Source: Heteronotia binoei (Eukaryota). From it: a stretch of DNA of 64,000 nt. The first letter of the stretch is position 1. Each line of letters opens with the position of its first letter. A program made the translations under genes and the position numbers. The stretch covers positions 53,630,001 to 53,694,000 of the forward strand of contig NC_083228.1 in assembly GCF_032191835.1 (NCBI RefSeq), given 5' to 3'. The notes under the pieces are model-generated. The model had not been told where the DNA came from. It searched no databases and worked only from the letters and a program-made list of their open reading frames with translations. This document shows, one piece after another, positions 13,093 through 23,030 of the stretch.

Positions 13093-15152
13093 GGCCTGCG
13101 TGGTTAACAAACAAAGTAGTGGAAGCTGTAAAGGTAAGGACTCCTTTAAGCGGTGGAAAACCAGTCCAAGTGAGATTAGTAAAAGGAAACACAGGCTGTG
13201 GCAAATCAAATGCAAGACTGTGATCAGGCAGGCAAAAGGGACTATGAGAAGCATATTGCAAAAAACATAAAGACCAACAATAAAACAATACCAACAATAA
13301 AACATAAGACCAACAATAAAACATTCTTCAAATATATTAGAAGTAGGAAACCAGGGAGGCAGTGGGGCCCTTGGATGACTATGGGGTAAAAGGATTACTG
13401 AAGGAAGATAGAGAAATGGCTGAGAAGCTAAATGAATTTTTTGCCTCCGTCTTCACTGTGGAAGACAAGAACTTTTTGCCCGCCCCAGAACCACTAATTT
13501 TGGAAGGGGTGTTGAAAGACCTGAGTCAGATTGAGGTGACAAAAGAGGAGGTCCTACAACTGATAGACAAATTAAAAACTAATAAGTCACCGGGTCCAGA
13601 TGGCATACATCCGAGAGTTCTGAAAGAACTCCAAGTTGAACTTGTGGATCTTCTAACAAAAATCCGTAATCTTTCATTGAAATCTGCCTCCGTTCCTGAG
13701 GACTGGAAGGTAGCAAATGTCACCCCCATCTTTAAAAAAGGTTCCAGAGGAGATCCGGGAAATTACAGGCCAGTCAGTCTGACTTCAATACCGGGAAAGT
13801 TGGTAGAAACCATTATCAAGGACAGAATGAGTAGGCACATTGATGAACACGGGTTATTGAGGAAGACTCAGCATGGGTTCTGCAAGGGAAGATCTTGCCT
13901 CACTAACCTGTTACATTTCTTTGAGGGGGTGAACAAACATGTGGACAAAGGAGACCCGATAGATGTTGTTTACCTTGACTTCCAGAAAGCTTTTGATAAA
14001 GTTCCTCATCAAAGGCTCCTTAGAAAGCTTGAGAGTCATGGAGTAAAAGGACAGGTCCTCTTGTGGATCAAAAACTGGCTGAGTAATAGGAAGCAGAGAG
14101 TGAGTATAAATGGGCAGTTTTTGCAGTGGAGGACGGTAAGCAGTGGGGTGCCGCAGGGCTCGGTACTGGGTCCCATGCTCTTTAACTTGTTCATAAATGA
14201 TTTAGAGTTGGGAGTGAGCAGTGAAGTGGCCAAGTTTGCGGATGACACTAAATTGTTCAGGGTGGTGAGAACCAGAGAAGACTGTGAGGAACTCCAAAGG
14301 GATCTGTTGAGGCTGGGTGAGTGGGCATCAACGTGGCAGATGCGGTTCAATGTGGCCAAGTGCAAAGTAGTGCACATTGGGGCCAAGCATCCCAGCTACA
14401 AATACAAGTTGATGGGGTGTGAACTGGCAGAGACTGACCAAGAGAGAGATCTTGGGGTCATGGTAGATAACTCATTGAAAATGTCAAGACAGTGTGCGTT
14501 TGCAATAAAAAAGGCCAACGCCATGCTGGGAATTATTAGGAAGGGAATTGAAAACAAATCAGCCAGTATCATAATGCCTCTGTATAAATTGATGGTGAGG
14601 TCTCATTTGGAGTACTGTGTGCAGTTCTGGTCGCCGCACCTCAAAAAGGATATTATAGCATTGGAGAAAGTCCAGAAAAGGGCAACTAGAATGATTAAAG
14701 GGCTGGAGCACTTTCCTTATGAAGAAAGGTTGAAACGCTTGGGACTCTTTAGCTTGGAGAAACGTCGACTGCGGGGTGACATGATAGAGGTTTACAAGAT
14801 AATGCATGGGATGGAGAAAGTAGAGAAAGAAGTACTTTTCTCCCTTTCTCACAATACAAGAACTTGTGGGCATTCGATGAAATTGCTGAGCAGACAGGTT
14901 AAAACGGATAAAAGGAAGTACTTCTTCACCCAAAGGGTGATTAACATGTGGAATTCACTGCCACAGGAGGTGGTGGCGGCCACAAGTATAGTCACCTTCA
15001 AGAGGGGTTTGGATAAAAATATGGCGCACAGGTCCATCAGTGGCTATTAGCCACAGTGTATGTGTGTATATAAAATTTTTTGCCACTGTGTGACACAGAG
15101 TGTTGGACTGGATGGGCCGTTGGCCTGATCCAACATGGCTTCTCTTATGTTC
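13093..15152 (+). mobile_element. CR1 LINE, 5'-truncated, young
   Basis: 3' end tggcctgatccaacatggcttctcttatgttc(tta); TTACCA present at both 13087-13092 and 15153-15158; removing the insert restores the L1 frame KIKKLG|NLFTATDMNKKKRGVAIYI. Confidence 0.95.
13362..15050 (+). CDS. CR1 ORF2 reverse transcriptase region (562 aa open, no endonuclease)
   Basis: KSPGPDGIHPRVLKEL, GNYRPVSLTS, YLDFQKAFDKVPH, GVPQGSVLGP, KFADDTKL, LEYCVQFWSP; track start is a GTG after an upstream frameshift, so probably not translated. Confidence 0.9.
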   Translation: MGPLDDYGVKGLLKEDREMAEKLNEFFASVFTVEDKNFLPAPEPLILEGVLKDLSQIEVTKEEVLQLIDKLKTNKSPGPDGIHPRVLKELQVELVDLLTKIRNLSLKSASVPEDWKVANVTPIFKKGSRGDPGNYRPVSLTSIPGKLVETIIKDRMSRHIDEHGLLRKTQHGFCKGRSCLTNLLHFFEGVNKHVDKGDPIDVVYLDFQKAFDKVPHQRLLRKLESHGVKGQVLLWIKNWLSNRKQRVSINGQFLQWRTVSSGVPQGSVLGPMLFNLFINDLELGVSSEVAKFADDTKLFRVVRTREDCEELQRDLLRLGEWASTWQMRFNVAKCKVVHIGAKHPSYKYKLMGCELAETDQERDLGVMVDNSLKMSRQCAFAIKKANAMLGIIRKGIENKSASIIMPLYKLMVRSHLEYCVQFWSPHLKKDIIALEKVQKRATRMIKGLEHFPYEERLKRLGLFSLEKRRLRGDMIEVYKIMHGMEKVEKEVLFSLSHNTRTCGHSMKLLSRQVKTDKRKYFFTQRVINMWNSLPQEVVAATSIVTFKRGLDKNMAHRSISGY

Positions 15153-15158
15153 TTACCA

Positions 15159-15320
15159 AGTTTTTTAATTTTCAAAAGATGTTGATCTTTAGTTAAAATA
15201 TGAGTTTCTTGTAAGCAAATTATGTCCATTTCCATTTTTGTCAAATATCTAAAAGTCTTCCTCCTTTTGGCAGGAGAGTTGAGTCCATTCACATTAATTG
15301 AAACTACTGAAGCCTTTATG
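15159..15320 (-). pseudogene. L1 ORF2 endonuclease N-terminus
   Basis: NGLNSPAKRRKTFRYLTKMEMDIICLQETHILTKDQHLLKIKKLG. Confidence 0.85.
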
Positions 15321-15329
15321 GGTTTTGCT

Positions 15330-16294
15330 TATCATTATCTTTCTTATCTTTTTTGGAATGCTATCTTGTGTGGTATCTCCATGGTTCATTTGGATTCTCT
15401 TCACCAGAACTTTCTTCCTCCTCTTCCTCCTCCTTCTTTTCCTTGCCTTCTTTTTCCTTCACTCTATCCAGAAAATTCTGAGCTTTAAAAATGGAATCAA
15501 TCCTGTATCTGTTCTCCTGGTAGGTAAAAAGAAGGCCTTCTGGCATTAGCCACATGTAGGATATTTCTCATCCTCTCAAAAAGTCTGTTAATGCTTGATA
15601 TTCTCTCCTCTTTTGTCTCACTGGCCAACATACCTCTCTTAGAACTTTCACCATGTTTCCAGCTATCATCATAGGTCTGTCTGTTACTTGCTTCAAAATG
15701 TCATCTTTAGTCCTCTTTCTTGTGAGTCTCAAATGAACTTCACTAGGTAATTTGTTTCATCTTGTATAACTCAATGGCACCCGTCTAACTTGATCAAACT
15801 CTTCTTCCATCCTCTGAGGAGTCAAGTGTAAAATTTCAGCCAAGGCTTCACTTAAAATTTTCTGTAAATCTTCAGTTTTCTCTTCTGGTATATTTTGAAA
15901 CCTCAACATGTAGGCGGCTCTGTCTACTTCCAGCTGCAAGAGTCTAGAATCGTGTATATTCTGTTCTTTTTCCAGATGTTCCACCTTTTGGATATTCTCT
16001 TTCACCTGACCATCTAGTACTTTTAAGGCTTTGTTGGTCTCAGCTGTCTGTCTGCTATTCTCCAAAAGCTCTTGTTTAATCTCTGCCATCTGTTCACCAA
16101 TATTTTCTACTGTACTAGTCAGCTGTGTTATAGCAGTCATTAAGGTGTTTTGCATTTCTTTCATATCTCCCTGCATGGCTGTAAATTTCCCTGGCCCAGG
16201 TGGAGTATTAGGTGAAGAGAATGGTGGCTTTCCTTCTCTGTTTTCTTTTTTTCTTTTATTGTTTCTTTGAAACCAATCCCAGCTTTATTTTCCA
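15330..16294 (-). pseudogene. L1 ORF1 remnant (coiled coil + RRM-like region)
   Basis: Coiled-coil MQGDMKEMQNTLM..., LRFQNIPEEKTEDL, WLMPEGLLFTY, acidic tail; internal stops; boundaries approximate. Confidence 0.8.
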
Positions 16295-18129
16295 TTCTTC
16301 TTAGAGTAAGCACACTCACAGCCACAAGTTCAATAATGCCTCTTCAGCAGTTGTTTTGAAACTCTATGTTCCTGTTTATAACAGATAAACTAATCTCCAC
16401 CAAGCAATGCCCTTGTTATAAAGTAGTTTTAAAAAGAAAACAACCTTCTAGCTTCTATCAGCAATTTGTGGCAGCCAAAACAATGATAATAATAATAATA
16501 AATGAAACTTTTTAGCCAACCACACTAAATAGTCAATAGGCAAAACAATTCAGTCCACTGCAACAACAACAATTCACTATTACAAGTCCTCTAGCAATGC
16601 TGATTCAGTATAAATTCAAATCATCACAATGTCTTTCAAATAACTTCAAATTTCAGAAACTTCAAGGTGTAAATTTGTAATCCAGGGCTGAATGCCCTAT
16701 TTGTAATCCAAGAGTGAGATCCAGATTTAAAAATTAAGCCAATAATCCAAACAAAAGGAAAGGAAATCAGGTACTCCCAAAAGGAAAGGCAAAAAATACT
16801 AGAAAATAGGGAAAAGTTCCCCTATTTAGTGATACAAAAAGGAATAAAGAATGAAGGGTGCAAAAAAAAAGGAATCCCAAGTAAAAAAATATTTAAACCA
16901 TGTCAAAAAATATTCCAGCCACAAATAAAAAGAAGGTAAAGAAAAAATAAAAACAAGTTTAAAAGGTTATATCCATATCATCCAACAAGAATAGATAAAA
17001 ATACACTTTGGAAATTTGTAGAAGTATTCTTCTTACAGCCAGAGATCCTGCTATGTCTTATAAGTCAATATCAAGTACCCACCAGCCTTTAAAAGTTAGT
17101 TAGAACTCTTATAAATTCATTCAGAGCACTTCAATTTAAGCTTCAGAGTATTTTTAAGCTAGCTGTCTTTCACATCCATATACACTTACAAGCAAGCATC
17201 TTTCCCAAAATCCAAAACATTTTTCTCCCCTATAGGGGGTTTAAAGCAGATCAGTTAAATTCAGCCATCAAGTCTCTTATATAACTAAAGATTGGTGTGG
17301 TCTCCTCATGCAGGTATTTTCAATATTACCAGGTTAGGCAGAAACTTTTGCAAGCATTGAAAAAGAATGAGGGAGAGTTCCCCCCCCCCCTTCTCAGTCT
17401 TTTGCCCCACTTGAAATCTGCTTCAGTCCTGGTTCTCCTTTTTCCTGCTTGTTAGAGATATTGCCATTCAAAAGATAGTATAGGAAAAGAACACTTACAA
17501 TAGTAGGAAGATCAATATCACTTATCTTGATATTGGAAGATTTTAAGGTCCAAAGTGTAGAGTGCAGAAGGAAAGAGAAAGAAGCTGGTGGCTGACCCTC
17601 TTACCATTTAAAAATGGCGATCAGAGCGATGAGGCTAGGAGCAAGCGAGATCAGGGAGCAGCCACCTTCACTGACACCTCCGTTCTACCACTCAAGCCCC
17701 CTGCCTTCTGGGACCCTTCCTGGGTCCCAGAGTCGAGTCGTCCTTCGGGGGCAACCCTTCTATGAACCGATTTAGAAGTTATTCTAGACGCGTCGGTCCG
17801 AGCCACTTCTAGCTGCGTGTCACCAAAACCGGAAACTCCTCTTTCTTTCTTACCCCTCCCCTCAATATTCGCTTCTGGGCTCCATTATTCAAACTCCCTG
17901 TGAGAATTTTGCTGAACTCTAAGCTTTGAGAAACTTTCTAACATTTTCCCCATAAAAAGGGGGAAATAACTAAAACATATAAAGCAGATAGATGGAAATC
18001 TTCATCACACCAATGTGGCCACATGAGAGAAAGTGATTTAAAAAGTATGATGGGAGTAAGGATTTATTATGACAATTATAATTCAATAAGCATTTTAAGG
18101 TAGATGGTGAGCTGATATAATTTAATACA

Positions 18130-18230
18130 CCTTCTGGTAATGTCAGGGGTGTGTGGCATATGCAAATGAGTTATGCAAATGAATTATACTAATGACCTCC
18201 GGCACCTCTTTTTCTTCAAAATGACCCCTA
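18130..18230. mobile_element. hAT-type MITE fragment related to the palindromic family
   Basis: tcaggggtgtgtggcatatgcaaatgag...aatgacccct; two perfect ATGCAAAT octamers (18160-18167, 18173-18180). Confidence 0.6.
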
Positions 18231-18989
18231 CCTGAAAATCACAGATGTGCACATCTCTTGGAGTAGGATTTTTCTAAGGATAGTGAGGCAGTTAGGTTTT
18301 TGATTGTTGTATTTTACTGAAAGTAATCTTAGAACTGTTTGTCCTGTTTGATATCTGGACTCTTTGAACTGCTTCAGATAGTCTTGAGTCTTCTACACAC
18401 TTACCATTGGAGCTTCAGGAATAATTTAGAAAGTTGCATTTGCTGTTTTGGTGCTGAAATAATACAGTCATGTTCAATAAATGTAGTTAGACCCACAGAG
18501 TTATTGGGGTCTAAGAATTCAATTATAAAAAAAAAAAAAAAACCTTTTCTCATTCTCAGCCACCCAGATTTTAAGGCAGGCAGTGGAGTTGTGGTTTGAC
18601 TTATGCTTGTGATGGAAGAGGGTGTGTGTATCCTAGATGGTTTTTAATGTGCTCTCCCCCGTGCAAGTGGTGTCTAGCGTGGGAGCTAGAGAATATTGTT
18701 TGCCAAAATGTTTCACTTTCAAAAAAAATTCAGAAAATAAAAAAGGTTGTGCCAGCAGCTCAAGACTGCTTTTATTCTTGCCTGTTGCTCATTCTGAGAT
18801 TCTTTCAAGAGATGTAAATTGTAACATTACAATCCACAAACACAAGATTATTCAAAATGATTCATGATTTGTGTGCTAAAACTGTTTTCTGTTTGAGAAA
18901 GAAAATGAAGGACTGATGTATTACTTGTTCTCACAATTATTTTTTAAAAGTAACAATTTCAGGTTGGTTTCTTTGCTGTTTTGTGTGCA

Positions 18990-19190
18990 CACACACCTGG
19001 AAGTCACGTCAACCTCTGGTGACTGACCTCTACTGGGGATCTGGAGGATATTCAGAAAGGTTGATGAATAGAGCCTGCCCTCCCAACTTTGTTATTTCAA
19101 AGAGGTCTCCCATCTAAATACTTGCCAGAGTTGGCCCTGCCCAGCTTCTGAGATCTGATAAGATCAGGCTTGCCTGGGCTATCCAGGTCA
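18990..19190 (-). mobile_element. 5S rRNA-derived SINE (SINE3-type)
   Basis: Reverse complement of 19101-19190 (cctgatcttatcagatctcagaagctgggcagggcc...gtatttagatgggagacc) resembles the 5S rRNA core including its internal control region; non-5S body follows. Confidence 0.7.
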
Positions 19191-19369
19191 TGAAGCAAGT
19201 TCAAGTTTTGTGCTTTTAATTTCCCCCACAATTCACCTGTTTTTGAAAACTGGTTATCGGGGGGGGGGGCAGAAGTTAGCCTTGCTGAGGGCCAGCACTG
19301 GGGGTTCTGCCACCCCAGGCAGAGTCCTGCTCCCAGCCCCCAGCCTGGGCAAGGTTGAAGTAGCAGCAG

Positions 19370-19775
19370 GCGTGCTCAGAGCTAGGCTCTGAACGTGCTC
19401 ACTGACACCCCCCCCCCCCCACAACCTCGTCAAGGCTTCCTGAGTTTCAGGAAGCTTCTGTGAGATTGGGACAGCAGTGGGCGCATTCAGAGTCGGGTTC
19501 TGAACACACTCGCTGCCATACACACCCCATGAACTCACCAAGGCTTCCTGAGTCTCAGGAAGCCTCAGTGAGATTGGAATGGCAGTGGGTGCATTCAGGG
19601 CTGGGCTCTGAGCATGCTCACTGCCATGCCCCCCATGACCTCGCTGAGGCTTTTTGAGTCTCAAGAAGCCCTGGAGAGGTTGGGATGGCAATGGGCACGT
19701 TCAGAGCTGGGCTCTGAGCACGCTCACTGCCACGCCTCCCTATGACTTCACCAAGTCTTGGGAAGACTGTGTGTG
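19370..19775. repeat. Minisatellite, about 3.5 copies of a 106-111 bp unit with internal palindromes
   Basis: Repeated ctga anchor at 19389, 19500, 19608, 19714; unit contains aggcttcctgag-t-ctcaggaagcct. Confidence 0.85.
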
Positions 19776-20040
19776 GGGAGGTAGGCTCTGAGGAGTGCAC
19801 TGTGCAGGCTCCGCCAGCTTTTGCACTCCTTGGGTCTGCAACAGATCCAGGGAATGTGAAAGCCTCCAGGCAGCAAGGAGAGGAGGCACCTCATGGTCAG
19901 GTGGCACCCTCAGCAGCTGCCTACTTGGCTGGCTCCCACATGCCAGCCCTGGCCTTGCCTGGGGGGCCAGATAGTCAAGGGCTGGTCCTGATTGAATCTC
20001 AAAAGTAACAAAGGATGAGGAAGTGACATGAAAGTAACAT

Positions 20041-20333
20041 GATGAAGAAAATAAGAAGACGACTGCAGATTTATACCCCACGCTTATCTCTGAATCAGAG
20101 ACTCAAAGCGACTTAGAATCTCCTATATCTTCTCCCCCCCCCACAGCAGACACCCTGTGATGTGGGTGGGGCTGAGAGGGCTCTCACAGCAGCTGCCCTT
20201 TCAAGGACAATTCCTGCAATAGCTATGGCTAACCCAAGGCCATTCCAGCAGTTGCTAGTGGAGGAGTGGGGAATCAAACCCGGTTCTCCCAGATAAGAGT
20301 CCGCACACTTAACCACTGCACCAAACTGGCTCT
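20041..20333 (-). mobile_element. tRNA-derived SINE (Squam1-like)
   Basis: Reverse complement begins agagccagtttggtgcagtggttaagtgtgcggactc...gggtttgattccccactcctcc; (GAA)-rich tail. Confidence 0.8.
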
Positions 20334-20391
20334 GCACTACACCAAACCTCTACACCAAACTGTTAATTAATTAATTCATTCATTCATTTAA

Positions 20392-20597
20392 GGGACGGTG
20401 GCTCAGTGGTAGAGCATCTGCTTGGGAAGCAGAAGATCCCAGGTTCAATCCCCAGCATCTCCAAAAAAGGGTCCAGGCAAATAGGTGTGAAAAACCTCAG
20501 CTTGAGACCCTGGAGAGCTGCTGCCAGTCTGAGAAGACAATACTGACTTTGATGGATCAAGTGTCTGATTCAGTATAAGGCAGCTTCATATGTTCAT
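20392..20597 (+). mobile_element. tRNA-derived SINE (Squam3-like)
   Basis: A box tggctcagtgg, B box ggttcaatccc, body gagaccctggagagctgctgccagtc, tail ttcagtataaggcagcttcatatgttcat. Confidence 0.85.
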
Positions 20598-21855
20598 TAA
20601 CATGAATTAAAAATTCAAAAGTAACATGAGGATGAAGTATTAACATGCCAGGATTCTGGTTTGCTTTGGGCCTTGATTTGGTTTTGTATGGAAGTTGCTT
20701 ATGGGTTTTTGTTGTTATCATTTTGTTTTGACTGTTGGGTGTTGCCTGGTAATTGTGGTATTGTGTTTAGCTGCATGAACAAAAGGATACACAGGTTTAA
20801 AATATTTTAATAAAATATAAAAAACTGAGGGAAGACTGCCCATTGTCAGCACCAGTAGGGGAGAGCGCAGGTTGTTCTTATGGAGCTCTGTATTCCACAG
20901 CCAGTAAGTCAAGCTCCGTACATTGTCTGAGTTATAGATCACAGTCACTGCCTATATAATCATCAGTGCACAAACACACATATAGATACAAACATTTTAA
21001 AATGGTATGCTCCACTTGCACTTTCCTGGTGTGAATGGAAACCATTTTCTAAAGGTATTCCTGGAAAGCACTATCAGACCTTAATAGTGAACTAACAAAT
21101 CAGGTGGGGGTTTTGGTTAAAATTTGCAATTCTAAAGCAGCCGCTTGCAAAGAAGCATTTGAAACTGCTACCATGTTTGCCTCATGTAGATCAGTATCAA
21201 ATTAAATTTCCCTATTGTAGCTCTTGTGTTGGTAACACAATGCAGGGAGTGTTGTTTGCTTCATCTCCATCTTTCTAACTGTGACATCCTTTTCAGTTTA
21301 AATTATACAGAAGTGAATCATTATTGAGGCCGCCTGTTTACCATCTTTAGAAGATTTAATTTATCCCAATAAACATTGTGAAGCAGACCTTTTGGATTCA
21401 CAATGACATATAATTTACTTGGAACAAATGCTTTGAGGCCAGTATAAAGACTATTCATCAAGCCAATCTGAATCCAAGGCATCCTAGGGGGAAAAATAGA
21501 ATCCTTTGTCTAATTGTTTTCCATTACAAACAACATGTGGGAAAGAGATTTAGGCAATATTTTCAAACAGTGCAAGCAACATAATTATTGTCATCTGCAA
21601 AGCTAGTGATAGTTTTGCAATCATGGCTGCACTTTATCTTTAATCACCCATTCACTGTAACCAATTACAAGCTTGCCATTGATGAGGTGTTTAATAATAT
21701 TAAATACAAAACCCCAGATTTAAATAACATTGCATTAGTTACTGAAAACAACAAAAGCCAGGAAATTGGAAAGCAAAGCCCTTTTGGTGTTATACCTTGA
21801 TAGAACAGGACTGGGCATAAATCAAAAAAAGATCAATTTACAATAAAGGATTCAC

Positions 21856-21884
21856 CTTAGTTCATTTTCATGTTTGTTGAAAGT
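21856..21884 (-). other. Candidate 29-nt exon
   Basis: Acceptor aatgttctttcacag, donor AAG|gtgaat; if spliced to 22264-22421 it reads DFQQT*. Confidence 0.25.
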
Positions 21885-22263
21885 CTGTGAAAGAACATTG
21901 GCCTTTTAAAATCATTATCTCTTTGAGGCCCACTCCCGTCACTGGTCCAGAATTGGTTTGAACTATTTGACCTTCTCAAGGAATGGTCAGGCAGTCATAC
22001 TTGTTCAAAATCAAACAAAGATGGAGTCGCAGTAAAAGTAATTTTTTTACATTTATTTTCAGATTTGTTATCATTTATAATCTGTCTGTTCCATGGGGAC
22101 CTAAGTTGGATGATAAGTATGACCAAAAACCCCCACAACCCTTCCAGTCTTTCAGTAAGCTGATTACAAAATATAACAACATTTGGCTTTAACAGCAGAA
22201 ATTCCTAGAAGGACAAAAAATGCCACACATAAATATTAAATTCCTAGCTGATTTGCTTCATAC

Positions 22264-22421
22264 CTTGTATCATACTTAGACGCCTCTCCAGCCAAGTCAC
22301 ACATAGTTTCTGACATATTCCTCTCCTTTGTACCATTTTTAGCGCTTCTTGCACCAGTTGCCTGTACTTCTTTATTTCCTCAGCTAAACTTTGTCATTCC
22401 CTCTCCCATTTCCAAGACAGC
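22264..22421 (-). other. Candidate exon (158 nt) of an unidentified transcript or pseudogene
   Basis: Acceptor gtttctgacttctaacag, donor AAG|gtatga; best frame LSWKWERE*QSLAEEIKKYRQLVQEALKMVQRRGICQKLCVTWLERRLSMIQ with one TGA (22394-22396); all three frames contain a stop. Confidence 0.4.
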
Positions 22422-22507
22422 CTGTTAGAAGTCAGAAACCTAAATTCCTTGAATAGTGGTCAGTACCAAATCCAGTAGTAGTGAATTCTACAGTGTACAC
22501 CATAGAA

Positions 22508-22764
22508 CAGGGGTCCCCAACCCCTAGGCCGTAGACCGGTACCGGTACCTGTTAGCAACCAGGCCGCGGAGTGAGGCAAAGACCTTCACTTACTCCTTAT
22601 TTAAAGACCCTTATGCGGAGGGCAGGGATGGGATGTGGACATGGAGGCGATCTAGGGCAGCAAAACCCCCAGCATCCCCACCCCCTCCCCCGCCCCCACC
22701 GGTCCATGGAAAAATTGTCTTCCACAAAACTGGTCCCTGGTGCCAAAAAGGTTGAGGGCCACTG
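22508..22764 (+). mobile_element. hAT-Charlie MITE resembling MER1/Charlie3 (OC1-like)
   Basis: caggggtccccaacc...ggtccatggaaaaattgtcttccacaaaactggtccctggtgccaaaaaggttgagggccactg; perfect 8-bp TSD ccatagaa (22500-22507, 22765-22772); family name recalled from memory. Confidence 0.85.
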
Positions 22765-22864
22765 CCATAGAACACAGTACTCTCTTAAAAGTTGCTGGAT
22801 GATTTTTTTAACCCTTTCCAGTTTCTATATTTTGGGAGAACTTGGATGACATTGTCTCTATTCA

Positions 22865-23030
22865 GAGCCCCTGGTGCGTAGAACTTAGAATGTCAGACTA
22901 GCATCTGGGAGACCTAGGGTATGAATTCCCCCTCTGCCATAGAAAGTTGCTGGGTGACCTTGGGTCAGTCACATATTCTCTGTTTAACCTACTTCACAGA
23001 ACTGAAGGAAACAATCATGTAAGCTACTTC
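22865..23030 (+). mobile_element. Degraded tRNA-derived SINE fragment
   Basis: gtcagactagcatctgggagacctagggtatgaattcccc...tgggtgaccttgggtcagtcac...taacctacttcacag; similar to other SINE copies in the window. Confidence 0.55.

Larger units (their letters stand above)
11600..17840 (-). mobile_element. L1/Tx1-clade LINE, 5' end present, truncated in RT, interrupted by CR1
   Basis: CpG-rich 5' end near 17.7-17.84 kb, long 5'UTR, ORF1 remnant, EN (NGLNSPAK...IICLQETH, GVAIYI, NIYAPND, GDFN, SDHSPV), RT start (KTPGPDGLPAEFYK, PISLLNVDYKIFAAIL); ends approximate. Confidence 0.9.

Noticed and set aside
13526-15037. Minus-strand ORFs over the CR1
   Set aside because: Antisense shadows of the CR1 RT frame
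19101-19190. 5S rRNA gene
   Set aside because: Partial, diverged, non-5S 5' end and attached to a repeat body
19370-19775. CRISPR-like array (palindromic repeats with linkers)
   Set aside because: Linkers are homologous to each other, not unique spacers; vertebrate context; no cas genes
20392-20463. tRNA gene
   Set aside because: A and B boxes are present, but the sequence continues into a SINE body and tail and the acceptor stem pairs poorly: a SINE head
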